A DNA stretch of 64,000 nt from an uncultured Nitrospiraceae bacterium (GTDB lineage: Bacteria; Nitrospirota; Thermodesulfovibrionia; Thermodesulfovibrionales; UBA6898). Below are positions 43,946 to 52,953 of the stretch, one piece after another; the first letter of the stretch is position 1, and each line of letters begins with the position of its first letter. The translations under genes and the position numbers were made by a program. Under the pieces are notes generated by a model. The model was not told the DNA's origin. It made no database searches and worked only from the letters and a program-made list of their open reading frames with translations. Location of the stretch: contig CAWEQH010000010.1 in the NCBI GenBank assembly GCA_963811165.1, forward strand, positions 1,027,920-1,091,919. The letters are read 5' to 3'.

Positions 43946-46273
43946 TTACCACTTCAAAAAGAGCCTTCTGAGATTCCTCCATTCAGCGGCAGGGCCGTCG
44001 GCCTTTTCGAGCACAAAATCACTATAGGTCTTTATAACGAGGCCGTCGTCCTTTTCGGTTATCTTGACCGCGCCGTCCCTGTCGGTCCTGAAAACCTTGA
44101 CACCTGATAGTCTTTCAAGGACATCAGGACTCGGATGACCGAAGGAATTGTCCCTGCCCACCGAAATGACAGCGACAGAGGGAGAGACACTCGAAATAAA
44201 CTCAGGACCGGCGGACGTCCTGCTGCCGTGATGGGGAACCTTAATTACATCTGCGCGAAGCCATTTCGTAAGATGGGAGATGTCCCGCTCCGCTTCTCCC
44301 CCTGTGTCCCCTGCGAAAAGGAATGTCTTCTTTCGTCCCTTTATACTAAGCACAAGAGACGAGTTGTTTTCTTCTTCATAGTCATTGCCGTCGCGGGTGT
44401 AGAATTCCCTGTAGGGATGGAGCACGGTTATGCTGCAATCTCCGGCATCGATCATGTCTCCCCTTTCGAGCGTCCTCCGCTTTGCCTTCAGCCCCATCTC
44501 CTCAGGATACACGATCCGGCCATTGTCCCAGATTTCCCTTGTTTGGAACTTCTCCATAAGATAGCCGAGCCCGCCTGAGTGGTCGGGATGGACATGGCTT
44601 ATGACGAGGGCATCTATCGACCGCATACCTTCGTAGGCAAGATATGCAGCCGTCTCCTTCCCGGTCCTTCCCGTATCGATGACGATTACCCTTTTGTCGG
44701 GCAGCCGGACAACAGCGGAATCACCCTGCCCGACGTCAAGAAAAGTTACGCTCAATGCCCCCTTTTCAAAAGCGACCAGTGCGGCAAAAACGGCCAGCGG
44801 CAAAAACGGCAGAAGAAGCCATTTCTTCTTCCTGCCGAAAAAGAAATATGGGATAAAACCGAGGTAGAACACTATGCAAAGGACCGGAGGGAATGCGGGA
44901 AGTTTGACGTCCGCAAAAGGTACTTTCGCCAGGAGCTTGACAAGAGCGACCGAGGCATCTGCCGTCCACGACACAAAAGGGGCGAAGAGGTAGTGTCCTG
45001 TGAGCAGAAATGTAAAGGAGGATACCACCGCCAGCCCCACAAGGACAAAACCTATAAGCGGCGAGGCGATAAGGTTTGAAAGAGGCGAAATGAGGGAGAA
45101 GTAGTGGAAGTAAAAGGCCACAAGAGGGGCCGTGCCCAGTGACGCCGCCAGTGTAAGTGAAACGGATTGCTTCACGTGATGAACCAGTCTGTTTCCCTTA
45201 TCTTCTTCTTCATCATCCCCCTTCTCCAGTGCAACGCCTATGAAGAACACTGCTATGAAGGACAGCCGAAAGGAAATGCTCTGGAGCACTTCGGGATTCC
45301 ATAGCACCAAAAGACAGGCAGCTAAAAGGAGGGAATTCAGCCAAAACCCTTTTCTGCCCAGAAGGAGAGCAAGAAGGAAAAGGGTTATCATAACAAACGA
45401 CCTGACCGCAGGAGGACTGGAACCCGAGATGCCCAGGTACAGGACCATTACCGGCATCGTAAGGACCGCAGCGGCCTGAGACGGCGTTACGTAGATCGTC
45501 ATCCTCTGCAACATTCCGTAAGGCAGTCTTTTTATCAAAAAGACGAACGTTCCGAACATCATAACGGAAAAAAGACCGAAGTGTGTACCGGAGATGCTGA
45601 GGATGTGCGCAAGCCCCGTCACGTTGAACGCCTCTTTCAGGTCATCTCCAAGGTAGGACGTCTCGCCGGTCGTCACCGACGCGATGAGGGCCGCCGAGTC
45701 CTTCCGGAACCTGCCCAAGACATACTCATTGATGCGTTTTCTCAATTTGTTGAAGTAATTCGTAATGGACGGGGAAGCGCGGCCTGCAACCCTCAGCTCC
45801 GCTGCCTCACCGTACAGCTTCACCTGCCCCCAGCCTCCCGGGTTTCTGCGCGACCTGTCCTTACCGGTCTTCAAAAGGACTTCGTACTCTTCGTCTGAGT
45901 CGGCCTCGAAGTCTGTAAAGACGGTTGCATCCTTATCCTGGAGGTCTTCGATCTCCGAGTCGGATTCATCTTCTAAGGCAGTGTCTATCGAGAAGGTTTT
46001 CGCATCGCTACCGGGAAACGGAGCATTACTGCTAGGCAGGAACCTCCCCGTCAGTATCAGTTTTTTGTTCCAGAGATCAAGTGTTTCCACCCCGGGCGAA
46101 AATCTTACATAGGCATAAGAAATACCTAGGACGACAATCAGGAGCAACACATATCTTTTCCTCCTCACGATGAGGACCGCGGCGGCCGCAAGGAGTATGG
46201 CGGATGTGATCGGGAAAAAACGGAACAAAGAAAAAAGCGCCGTCCCGTAGATAAAAGAAATAAAACCCATCAT
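43946..46273 (-). CDS. comEC: DNA internalisation competence protein ComEC/Rec2 (with metallo-beta-lactamase domain)
   Basis: 775 aa. Polytopic competence domain (GLAHILSISGTHFGL) and a C-terminal MBL domain (LVISHVHPDHSGG, VPHHGS). Confidence 0.85.
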   Translation of the reverse strand: MMGFISFIYGTALFSLFRFFPITSAILLAAAAVLIVRRKRYVLLLIVVLGISYAYVRFSPGVETLDLWNKKLILTGRFLPSSNAPFPGSDAKTFSIDTALEDESDSEIEDLQDKDATVFTDFEADSDEEYEVLLKTGKDRSRRNPGGWGQVKLYGEAAELRVAGRASPSITNYFNKLRKRINEYVLGRFRKDSAALIASVTTGETSYLGDDLKEAFNVTGLAHILSISGTHFGLFSVMMFGTFVFLIKRLPYGMLQRMTIYVTPSQAAAVLTMPVMVLYLGISGSSPPAVRSFVMITLFLLALLLGRKGFWLNSLLLAACLLVLWNPEVLQSISFRLSFIAVFFIGVALEKGDDEEEDKGNRLVHHVKQSVSLTLAASLGTAPLVAFYFHYFSLISPLSNLIASPLIGFVLVGLAVVSSFTFLLTGHYLFAPFVSWTADASVALVKLLAKVPFADVKLPAFPPVLCIVFYLGFIPYFFFGRKKKWLLLPFLPLAVFAALVAFEKGALSVTFLDVGQGDSAVVRLPDKRVIVIDTGRTGKETAAYLAYEGMRSIDALVISHVHPDHSGGLGYLMEKFQTREIWDNGRIVYPEEMGLKAKRRTLERGDMIDAGDCSITVLHPYREFYTRDGNDYEEENNSSLVLSIKGRKKTFLFAGDTGGEAERDISHLTKWLRADVIKVPHHGSRTSAGPEFISSVSPSVAVISVGRDNSFGHPSPDVLERLSGVKVFRTDRDGAVKITEKDDGLVIKTYSDFVLEKADGPAAEWRNLRRLFLKW

Positions 46274-46305
46274 CGCCGGAACAAAACCCCTGACTCACAT
46301 GATAA

Positions 46306-46424
46306 GGCGGGATATGGTATTTGAGCGGTTTTTTTTGCCGATATTCCGAAAGTCTGTTTATTTGCGATGAAGAGGCAAAAGCCTCGGAGCGAAGCGAGAA
46401 TGAGCGAAAATACTATATCCCGCC
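46306..46424 (+). repeat. copy A of the structured intergenic element
   Basis: Closing stem GGCGGGATAT (46306-46315) / ATATCCCGCC (46415-46424). Conserved blocks ATGGTATTTGAGCGG, AAAAGCCTCGGAG and CGAGAATGAGCGAAAATAC. Confidence 0.6.
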
Positions 46425-46525
46425 TTATATTTTGCACAGGTCCGCTGCGTCCCCCCATAAGACGATCCCCCGATCTACACAATTTATTTCATCAGCCCAA
46501 AGCCATCGCAAAGGATTCAATCCAA

Positions 46526-46637
46526 GGGCAGGCATGGTATTGGAGCGACTTCTTTTATCCCGATGAATATCGGGAGAAAAGCCCTCGGAGATCCGCTTCC
46601 TGCGGATCGAGAATGAGCTACGATACTATGTCTGCCC
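46526..46637 (+). repeat. copy B of the structured intergenic element
   Basis: Closing stem GGGCAGGCA (46526-46534) / TGTCTGCCC (46629-46637). Blocks ATGGTATTGGAGCGACTTC, hairpin CCCGAT-GAAT-ATCGGG, GAAAAGCCCTCGGAG, hairpin GATCCGC-TTCCT-GCGGATC, GAGAATGAGCTACGATAC. Confidence 0.6.
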
Positions 46638-46679
46638 TATTCCCATATTATCTCAACATTACCATCCCAATACCAAAGG

Positions 46680-48029
46680 TTACTGCATCTTCTCCCGTAT
46701 CACCTTCGAGATGTCCCGCCCCAGTTTCGTGATAAGCTTCTCGTCCTCCCCTTCAAGCATGACCCTTATCTTAGGCTCCGTACCGGATGCCCTGACGAGC
46801 ACCCTACCCCTGCTGCCGAGCTTTTTCTCAGCCGTTTCCACCGCGCTTTCGATATCGGGGACCGAACGGATATCCTGTTTTTTCTCGACCTCGACGTTCA
46901 TAAGGACCTGGGGAAAAAGCTTGATCCTCGATGCCAGTTTAGAAAGCGGCGCATTACTGATTTTCATAAGACTTAGGACCTGGGCCGCCGTGATGGGTCC
47001 ATCACCGGTTGTATTGTAATCCAGAAATATTATGTGGCCCGACTGTTCTCCGCCCATGTTAAAGCCGCCGTCGAGCATCTTTTCGACCACGTACCTGTCT
47101 CCCACCTGGGTCCTCAAGAGCCGGACGCCATGTTTTTCGAGGAACCTTTCAAGCCCTAGGTTGCTCATCACCGTTGCCACGACCGTCTTCCCTTTCAAGC
47201 TGCCGGACCTGACCATGTCGGCTGCACACATGCCCATGATCCTGTCGCCGTCAACGGGCCTGCCCTTCTCGTCGCAAAGCAACGTCCGGTCCCCGTCGCC
47301 GTCATGCGCGATCCCTATATCCGCCGTGTGTTCGATCACCGCCTTCTGCAGACCCGCCATATTTAGAGAACCGCAATCAAGATTAATGTTGGTGCCGTCA
47401 GGCCTGTCGTTGAGCGAAATCACCTCGGCCCCTAGTTCACGCAATAGCCATGGCGTTGTCTTGTATGCCGCACCGTTTGCGCAGTCGACAACGATCTTCA
47501 TCCCTTCAAGCGTAGTGCCCTTCGGGAGCGTTGACTTTATATATTCGATATACCTGCCGGTGGCGTCGTCGAGCCTGAAGGCCTTTCCGACCTCTTCACC
47601 TTTAGGCCTGAACTTTTCCAGGTGATCGTCCATCACAAGGTCCTCTATCCTCTTTTCGACCGAATCAGGAAGTTTGAAGCCGTCGTAAGAGAAGAACTTT
47701 ATCCCGTTGTCCTGGAAAGGGTTGTGCGACGCAGAAATCACGATCCCGGCATCGATCCTCAGGGTCCTTGTGAGAAATGCGATTCCGGGGGTCGGAAGCG
47801 GGCCTACCAGGGTCACATCCATGCCCATGGAGCAGATCCCCGACGTAAGGGCGCTTTCTATCATATATCCCGACAGCCGCGTGTCCTTGCCTATGAGCAC
47901 CATATTCCTGCCGTGGAGTTCCTTACGGAGCACCGTTGCGGCCGCCATGCCTATCCTTAAGACGTTTTCAGGCTTCATCGGATATTTATTGATCCGGCCC
48001 CTTATGCCGTCCGTGCCGAAGAGTCTCAT
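46680..48029 (-). CDS. glmM: phosphoglucosamine mutase
   Basis: MRLFGTDGIRG, the phosphoserine loop SASHNP, and DGDGDR. 449 aa. Confidence 0.9.
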   Translation of the reverse strand: MRLFGTDGIRGRINKYPMKPENVLRIGMAAATVLRKELHGRNMVLIGKDTRLSGYMIESALTSGICSMGMDVTLVGPLPTPGIAFLTRTLRIDAGIVISASHNPFQDNGIKFFSYDGFKLPDSVEKRIEDLVMDDHLEKFRPKGEEVGKAFRLDDATGRYIEYIKSTLPKGTTLEGMKIVVDCANGAAYKTTPWLLRELGAEVISLNDRPDGTNINLDCGSLNMAGLQKAVIEHTADIGIAHDGDGDRTLLCDEKGRPVDGDRIMGMCAADMVRSGSLKGKTVVATVMSNLGLERFLEKHGVRLLRTQVGDRYVVEKMLDGGFNMGGEQSGHIIFLDYNTTGDGPITAAQVLSLMKISNAPLSKLASRIKLFPQVLMNVEVEKKQDIRSVPDIESAVETAEKKLGSRGRVLVRASGTEPKIRVMLEGEDEKLITKLGRDISKVIREKMQ

Positions 48030-48673
48030 TTCCTTCCTCCTGCTATTACGACCGTGACCCTGACCTTCTCCCTTTCAGGCTTGACATTGGCGCCGGCCGC
48101 GTCTATATTCAGCTCCTGGGTCTGCGTAGAGTTTATTCCGGATATATCCATCTGGTCCGTCCCGATCTCGCTGATCTTCCTCACCTCGGTCTTGAGGCCC
48201 TGGATAACAATATTCTTCGGCTCCACATCGACAGTTTTCACATAATATCCGGGTGCCGGCGAGCCGGTTATCGAGGCCCTCACCGGGACCGCCTTTGTGA
48301 CCGTTTCGTCGAGCCTTACCCGGATGGTTGAAGGATCGATACTCGTTACCGACATCGCGTAGGGAAGTTTCACGTCGTCTTTGTTGATATGATAACTCCC
48401 CTCGCCCTTTCTGGCCTTACTCATATCGACCAATACCCTTATGTCGGAGGGTCTCAGACTCTTCATGATCCTGTCCTGCCCCTTCACCGTCACGTTCGCG
48501 GACTTCGCACTTGAGTTGACGATACCGAGACCGATCGGCACGTCCTTGAATTCGATCGGGACTTCGAAAGACACCTCCGACTGTCCCTTCCATGTCACAA
48601 AGAGCCAAAGCAAAACCGCAATAAGGACCGCCGAAACCTTGAGCCCTAAATTTTCGAACAACAGCTTTCTCAT
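48026..48673 (-). CDS. cdaR: YbbR-domain protein (CdaA regulator CdaR-like)
   Basis: ATG at 48673 overlaps the cdaA stop (ATGA). An N-terminal TM helix (LKVSAVLIAVLLWLF) is followed by repeated YbbR-like beta segments. The longer ORF in the track (to 48898) overlaps cdaA and is unlikely to be real. Confidence 0.7.
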   Translation of the reverse strand: MRKLLFENLGLKVSAVLIAVLLWLFVTWKGQSEVSFEVPIEFKDVPIGLGIVNSSAKSANVTVKGQDRIMKSLRPSDIRVLVDMSKARKGEGSYHINKDDVKLPYAMSVTSIDPSTIRVRLDETVTKAVPVRASITGSPAPGYYVKTVDVEPKNIVIQGLKTEVRKISEIGTDQMDISGINSTQTQELNIDAAGANVKPEREKVRVTVVIAGGRK

Positions 48674-49437
48674 TTTTTCCCCTTCTGAGAAGAAAATACA
48701 TCTGTTAGGAGGTCCCTCATCGTCCCCATATCGAGCTTGGTCTCTAACTTGCCATCCATGGCCATCGAGATAAAGCCCGTCTCCTCGGAAACGATGATCG
48801 CGATCGCGTCCGTTTCTTCGGTCAGTCCTATGCCCGCCCTGTGGCGCGTGCCCAGGGACTTGCTCAGCTCCGAACTGAGCGTGATCGGCAAAAAGCATCC
48901 GGCGGCGGCTATCCTGTTGCCCTTAATAATGACCGCCCCGTCGTGAATAGGAGACGTAGGATGAAAGATGCTGGCCAGCAATTCCCTGGACACTTTTGCG
49001 TCTAAAGGCGTGCCGACCTCGATAAAGTCCTTGAGGCTCGTGTCCCGCTCGATGACGATGAGGGCGCCGATCTTTCTGTTGGCGAGCGATATTGAGGCCC
49101 TTACGATCTCTTCTAAGGACTTCAGTTCTTCGGCCTTCGTAAAGGTAAGAAACTGCGCCTCCCCTATATGGGCGAGAGCCCTCCGGATCTCGGGCTGAAA
49201 CAGGACAATGATCGCGATAACGATCTGCGCCCAGAAACTCTGCACCAGCCAATCAATCGTATAGAGTTCAAGGTACCGTGAGGCCACCGAAGCCAGCAAA
49301 AGGATGCCAAGCCCTATCAGCATCTGCACGGCCTTCGTCCCCTTCAGGATAAGGAGCAGCCGGTAGAGGACCACCGACATCAGCGCGATATCGAGAAAAT
49401 TAAGTATCCATCTGTGTTGTCTTAGAAGCTCTACCAT
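48670..49437 (-). CDS. cdaA: diadenylate cyclase CdaA (DisA_N domain)
   Basis: Three N-terminal TM helices, then the DAC domain motifs GALIVIE, DGAVII and GTRHRAG. It precedes the cdaR-like gene and glmM, as in the canonical cdaA-cdaR-glmM operon. Confidence 0.9.
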   Translation of the reverse strand: MVELLRQHRWILNFLDIALMSVVLYRLLLILKGTKAVQMLIGLGILLLASVASRYLELYTIDWLVQSFWAQIVIAIIVLFQPEIRRALAHIGEAQFLTFTKAEELKSLEEIVRASISLANRKIGALIVIERDTSLKDFIEVGTPLDAKVSRELLASIFHPTSPIHDGAVIIKGNRIAAAGCFLPITLSSELSKSLGTRHRAGIGLTEETDAIAIIVSEETGFISMAMDGKLETKLDMGTMRDLLTDVFSSQKGKK

Positions 49438-49509
49438 TTTCTACACGGGTCCCCCGGATATTGTTAAGTATCTAATTATATATCATGCAATATTAATTTT
49501 CCCGCGATA

Positions 49510-49525
49510 TGAGGTAATGACCTCA
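49510..49525. promoter_or_regulatory. palindrome TGAGGTAATGACCTCA upstream of the second DUF3786 gene
   Basis: Perfect 6-N4-6 inverted repeat. TATAAT at 49545-49550 starts 27-28 nt from the dyad, which places the dyad near -40. The ATG is at 49572. Confidence 0.3.
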
Positions 49526-49571
49526 CTTTGTCGTATACTATTGTTATAATTTCCCCAGAGGAGCGGACTGA

Positions 49572-50336
49572 ATGAACGCCGTTGAGCTCTATAAGAAACT
49601 GCCGAAGAAAAACTGCGGTAAATGCAGCCTAAAGACATGCATGCCCTTTGCGCTTGCGGTGATCAAAGGTGATGCGGAGCTTGCCGAATGTCCCCTTCTC
49701 ACCGGAGATGCGATAATTGAGATAGAGGGCTCCCTCAAGCGGTCGGACTGGCGTGAAGAATTGATCCTTAAACTGAGGGAAGAAATTAAGGGCATCGATT
49801 TCAGCGAAGTCGCGGAAGGGATCGGCGCCACCGTAAGAGACGGCGTACTCGTCCTCGACTGTTTCGGAAGGGAATTCAGGATATCGCCTGACGGAGAAAT
49901 AGCAGCCCAGGGGCGCATGACGCCCTGGATAAGAATCCTCGTTCTGCACTATGTCCGCACGGCAGGCAAAGGCGGCCTGACGGGCAAGTACGTCTCTTAC
50001 AGCGAGGTAAAGGGCGGAATGGTGAAGGCGTCCTCGTTTCAGAGGGATTGCGAGGAACCGCTCACGGAATTGTTCAAGAGAGATTTTGAAAAAACCGCGC
50101 TCATGTTGTCGAGGATGGGCACGAAGAAAAAAAAGGGTTTTCCGACAGAGCACGCATGGGAACTATACCTGCTCCCCAAGCTGCCCGTCACCGTCCTTTA
50201 TTGGCCTCAGGAGGAAGAATTCCCGTCCAGGGTAAAGATACTCTTCGATTCTTCGGCTGACAGGTATCTTGACGCGGAGTCGCTCATATTCTTAGTCGAA
50301 GGGCTCGTCAAGAATATCGAGATGTCGCTGCACTGA
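49572..50336 (+). CDS. DUF3786-like protein with N-terminal CdhE/AcsC-type putative Fe-S domain (paralogue 2)
   Basis: N-terminus MNAVELYKKLPKKNCGKCSLKTCMPFALAVIKGDAELAECPLL. It aligns along its length with the 26669-27445 product (e.g. the shared tail ...FDSSADRYLDAESL vs ...FDSGAEAHIDIEYL). Confidence 0.65.
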   Translation: MNAVELYKKLPKKNCGKCSLKTCMPFALAVIKGDAELAECPLLTGDAIIEIEGSLKRSDWREELILKLREEIKGIDFSEVAEGIGATVRDGVLVLDCFGREFRISPDGEIAAQGRMTPWIRILVLHYVRTAGKGGLTGKYVSYSEVKGGMVKASSFQRDCEEPLTELFKRDFEKTALMLSRMGTKKKKGFPTEHAWELYLLPKLPVTVLYWPQEEEFPSRVKILFDSSADRYLDAESLIFLVEGLVKNIEMSLH

Positions 50337-50355
50337 TTTCGTTTGTTGCGAGGCA

Positions 50356-50458
50356 GGGGGTGGTACTCGAACGGCTTCTCTTAACCCGATGAATATTGGG
50401 GGAAAAGCCCTCGGAGGGCTGACTTCGTCGGCCCGGCAATGATGAGAATACCGTCCCC
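50356..50458 (+). repeat. copy C of the structured intergenic element
   Basis: Closing stem GGGGGTGG (50356-50363) / CCGTCCCC (50451-50458, two G-U pairs). Blocks CGAACGGCTTC, hairpin CCCGAT-GAAT-ATTGGG (G-U), GAAAAGCCCTCGGAG, hairpin GGGCTGAC-TTC-GTCGGCCC, and ATGATGAGAATAC. Confidence 0.55.
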
Positions 50459-50569
50459 ACGCACACCTCATAATCTTCTGATGGCAGCTTATCTCGGAAG
50501 CTCCTAAATTGCTTTTATCACGGATTTCCGTTACATTTTATATGAGGCTGATCGGATGCCTCCCACCCT

Positions 50570-52190
50570 ATGGCCGGAATTCATTACAGGAAGAGATTTT
50601 TAAAAGGACTTTTAATAGCCCTCAGGATAGCAATCTCCTACAGGGTCGCGCATTTCTTGGCTCTCTTTCTACCGGCCGAACGGAAGGCCGCCCGCCTCAA
50701 AAAACTCCACAGGAAAAACGCGGCGCTCATAAGAAAAAAAGCGCTTGAGATGAAGGGCGTGATGATCAAGGTCGGCCAGTTCCTGAGTTCGAGGATCGAC
50801 TTCCTTCCGGACGAATACATAAGCGAGCTTTCCGAGCTTCAGGACCAGGTCCCGCCCCATGACTTTGATGAAATAAGGCAGCGGATAATCGATGAACTGG
50901 GTTCCGCACCCGAGGAGATCTTCTCCGAGTTCGAAAGGGAACCGCTTGCCGCGGCATCTCTTGGACAGGTGCACCGTGCCGTCCTCAAAGACGGGCGGGA
51001 GGCGGCCGTCAAGGTCCAGTACCCAGGGATAGAAAAAATTATCGAGACAGACATAAGGATGTTCGAGGTCCTGATAAATGTGATGCACGGCAGGATGGGC
51101 TGGATCGATCTGAGGGTATTGCATGAAGAGTTCTCGAGGGTTGTGCGCGCCGAGCTCGATTACGCCCAGGAGGGGAGGAACGCCGAGAGGTTCAGGCAGA
51201 ATTTCCTCGGGGACGAACGGGTTGTCATCCCCCGGGTATACTGGGAATTTTCGAGAGGCAAGGTCCTCACTCTCGAGTTTGTCGGGGGAATCAAGATATC
51301 TGAATGTGCAGTGATCAAGGCGTCGGGGACAGACTGCGGAGCACTGGTCAACCTCCTTGCAGAAACCTATGCCAAGATGATCTTCGTCCACGGATTTTTC
51401 CATAGCGACCCCCACCCCGGAAATATCTTCGTCAGCAAGGGGCCGACGCTCGTCTTCGTCGACTTCGGGATGGTGCAGACGATACCCGAGTCGACGAGGA
51501 GAAACCTGCGTCGGTACGCCAATGCCATCGTCGAAAACGATACGTCCGGCATCGTTGAGGCCCTTGAGAGCCTGGGGTTTCTTATCGAAGGCGCCGACTA
51601 TAAAGCGATAGCGGACGTCACCCAGGACCTGATCGACAAGTACCGGTACAGCACCCCGGGGGAGCTGAAGTCCCTCACCATAGACGATATAGGGGACGAG
51701 ATCCATAACGTTCGCGGCGTCATCGATAACTTCCAGGTGCCGAACTATTTCATACTCCTTGGCAGGACGATCGGAATGCTAAACGGTATGGCGTTCAGGC
51801 TCAATCCCGAGGTAAACATCATAGAGATCGGCAAGCCCTACATTAAGGAGTTCTTCGCAGGCAGCCGCGAGGAGCAAATAAAGCGGGCATTCACTTCGGT
51901 CGAAGAAGAGATTTTGGGAACTCGTCGATCTCCCTTCACAGGCACAGGCGTTCCTCAAGAAGGCAAACAGGGGCGAGCTCTCCTTCAAGCTCGCAAAGTC
52001 CGAGATGCAGGGTATTACGGGCCAGCTCTCGTCCCTGGCCGACGTGATGCTCCTGGTGATCCTGACGGTGACCGCCTCTTCAGCAGGGCTCTTCTTCGCC
52101 CTCCTGGGGAACAAGGCGCCCTCGATCTTTGCCGCCGGCATGTCCCTTTTCCTCGGGCTTCTCTCCGTATTCAGACTAATGAGGCGATAG
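50570..52190 (+). pseudogene. ABC1/UbiB-family atypical kinase; frame broken once near 51912-51918
   Basis: ORF 50570-52270 shows typical UbiB motifs (KVGQFLSSRIDFLPDEYI, AAASLGQVH, AVKVQYPG, HSDPHPGNI). After ...AFTSVEEEI it turns into Arg/Gly/Pro-rich nonsense. The +1 frame continues plausibly (WELVDLPSQAQAFLKKANRGELSFKLAKSEMQGITGQL... plus a C-terminal TM helix) to the stop at 52190. The break lies at ATTTTGGGAA; removing one nt gives 539 aa. Confidence 0.7.
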
Positions 52191-52364
52191 CCACAAAATT
52201 AGGACACAGCAACCCAATAGCAAAGGGTTCCAAAAAAAAATTCCACATTTGGAAAAACCAACAGACATAAAGAAAAAGATTCCGGACAGGTTACCCGGCC
52301 GCTTTTGAAGATTTCCTGCCGCTGGGTATATACTTGAATATAATAAACCGGTACGGTTGGTGCG

Positions 52365-52928
52365 ATGAAGACTAAAGAAAAAGATATCATACATACTGAA
52401 GGAAAAGATATCTGCAAAAAGATTACCCTTACCGGTAACAATCCGGAAAACATAAAGAAGCTCATTGAATGCTATAAAAACGTCCTCGTCTGCGGGGTCA
52501 AGGGCGTCGGCAAGATCACCAATACCGTCCAGGCGGTCAGGAAAAATACGAACGTCTATTACATCGGCAACCGGGTTGATTACGAGGGAAAGACAAGGCC
52601 GGGCAGTTTCGAAAAGTATCTCGCCTACATCCTCGCCTTGAAGAAAGACCTACACATCGCCGCCAACCTTGACGAACTCGCCGCACTGAAGGACGATATC
52701 ATCCTCATTATCGATGAAATTTATGGCAGGAGCGAAGCGCAGCTGGCCCAGATCAGCGTACTGCTCGACATGAAAAACATCCGGATAATCCAGATCGTAG
52801 GCTGCATGAAATACATGGGCGCCCTCATCGATAAGATAGACGCCATCGTCGAACTTCACCTCGACGGCGCCTTCATGATCGATAAGGAACTCGGCAAGGC
52901 GATCTGCGAGATCCTGGGCAAGAAGTAA
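52365..52928 (+). CDS. small P-loop-like protein (187 aa), unknown function
   Basis: Deviant Walker A CGVKGVGKIT (Ile in place of Ser/Thr) and a Walker B-like IILIIDEI. No family recognised. Locally AT-rich. Confidence 0.5.
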   Translation: MKTKEKDIIHTEGKDICKKITLTGNNPENIKKLIECYKNVLVCGVKGVGKITNTVQAVRKNTNVYYIGNRVDYEGKTRPGSFEKYLAYILALKKDLHIAANLDELAALKDDIILIIDEIYGRSEAQLAQISVLLDMKNIRIIQIVGCMKYMGALIDKIDAIVELHLDGAFMIDKELGKAICEILGKK

Positions 52929-52953
52929 TTACAAGGGGCGATGCATGAGATCT

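Noticed and set aside
50669-51706. 345-aa ORF antisense to the UbiB-like kinase gene
   Set aside because: No motifs. It overlaps a clearly coding sense strand.
52290-52312. CCGGACAG match to the IS end core in the ubiB downstream gap
   Set aside because: Only 8 nt match, and about two such matches are expected by chance in 64 kb on both strands.
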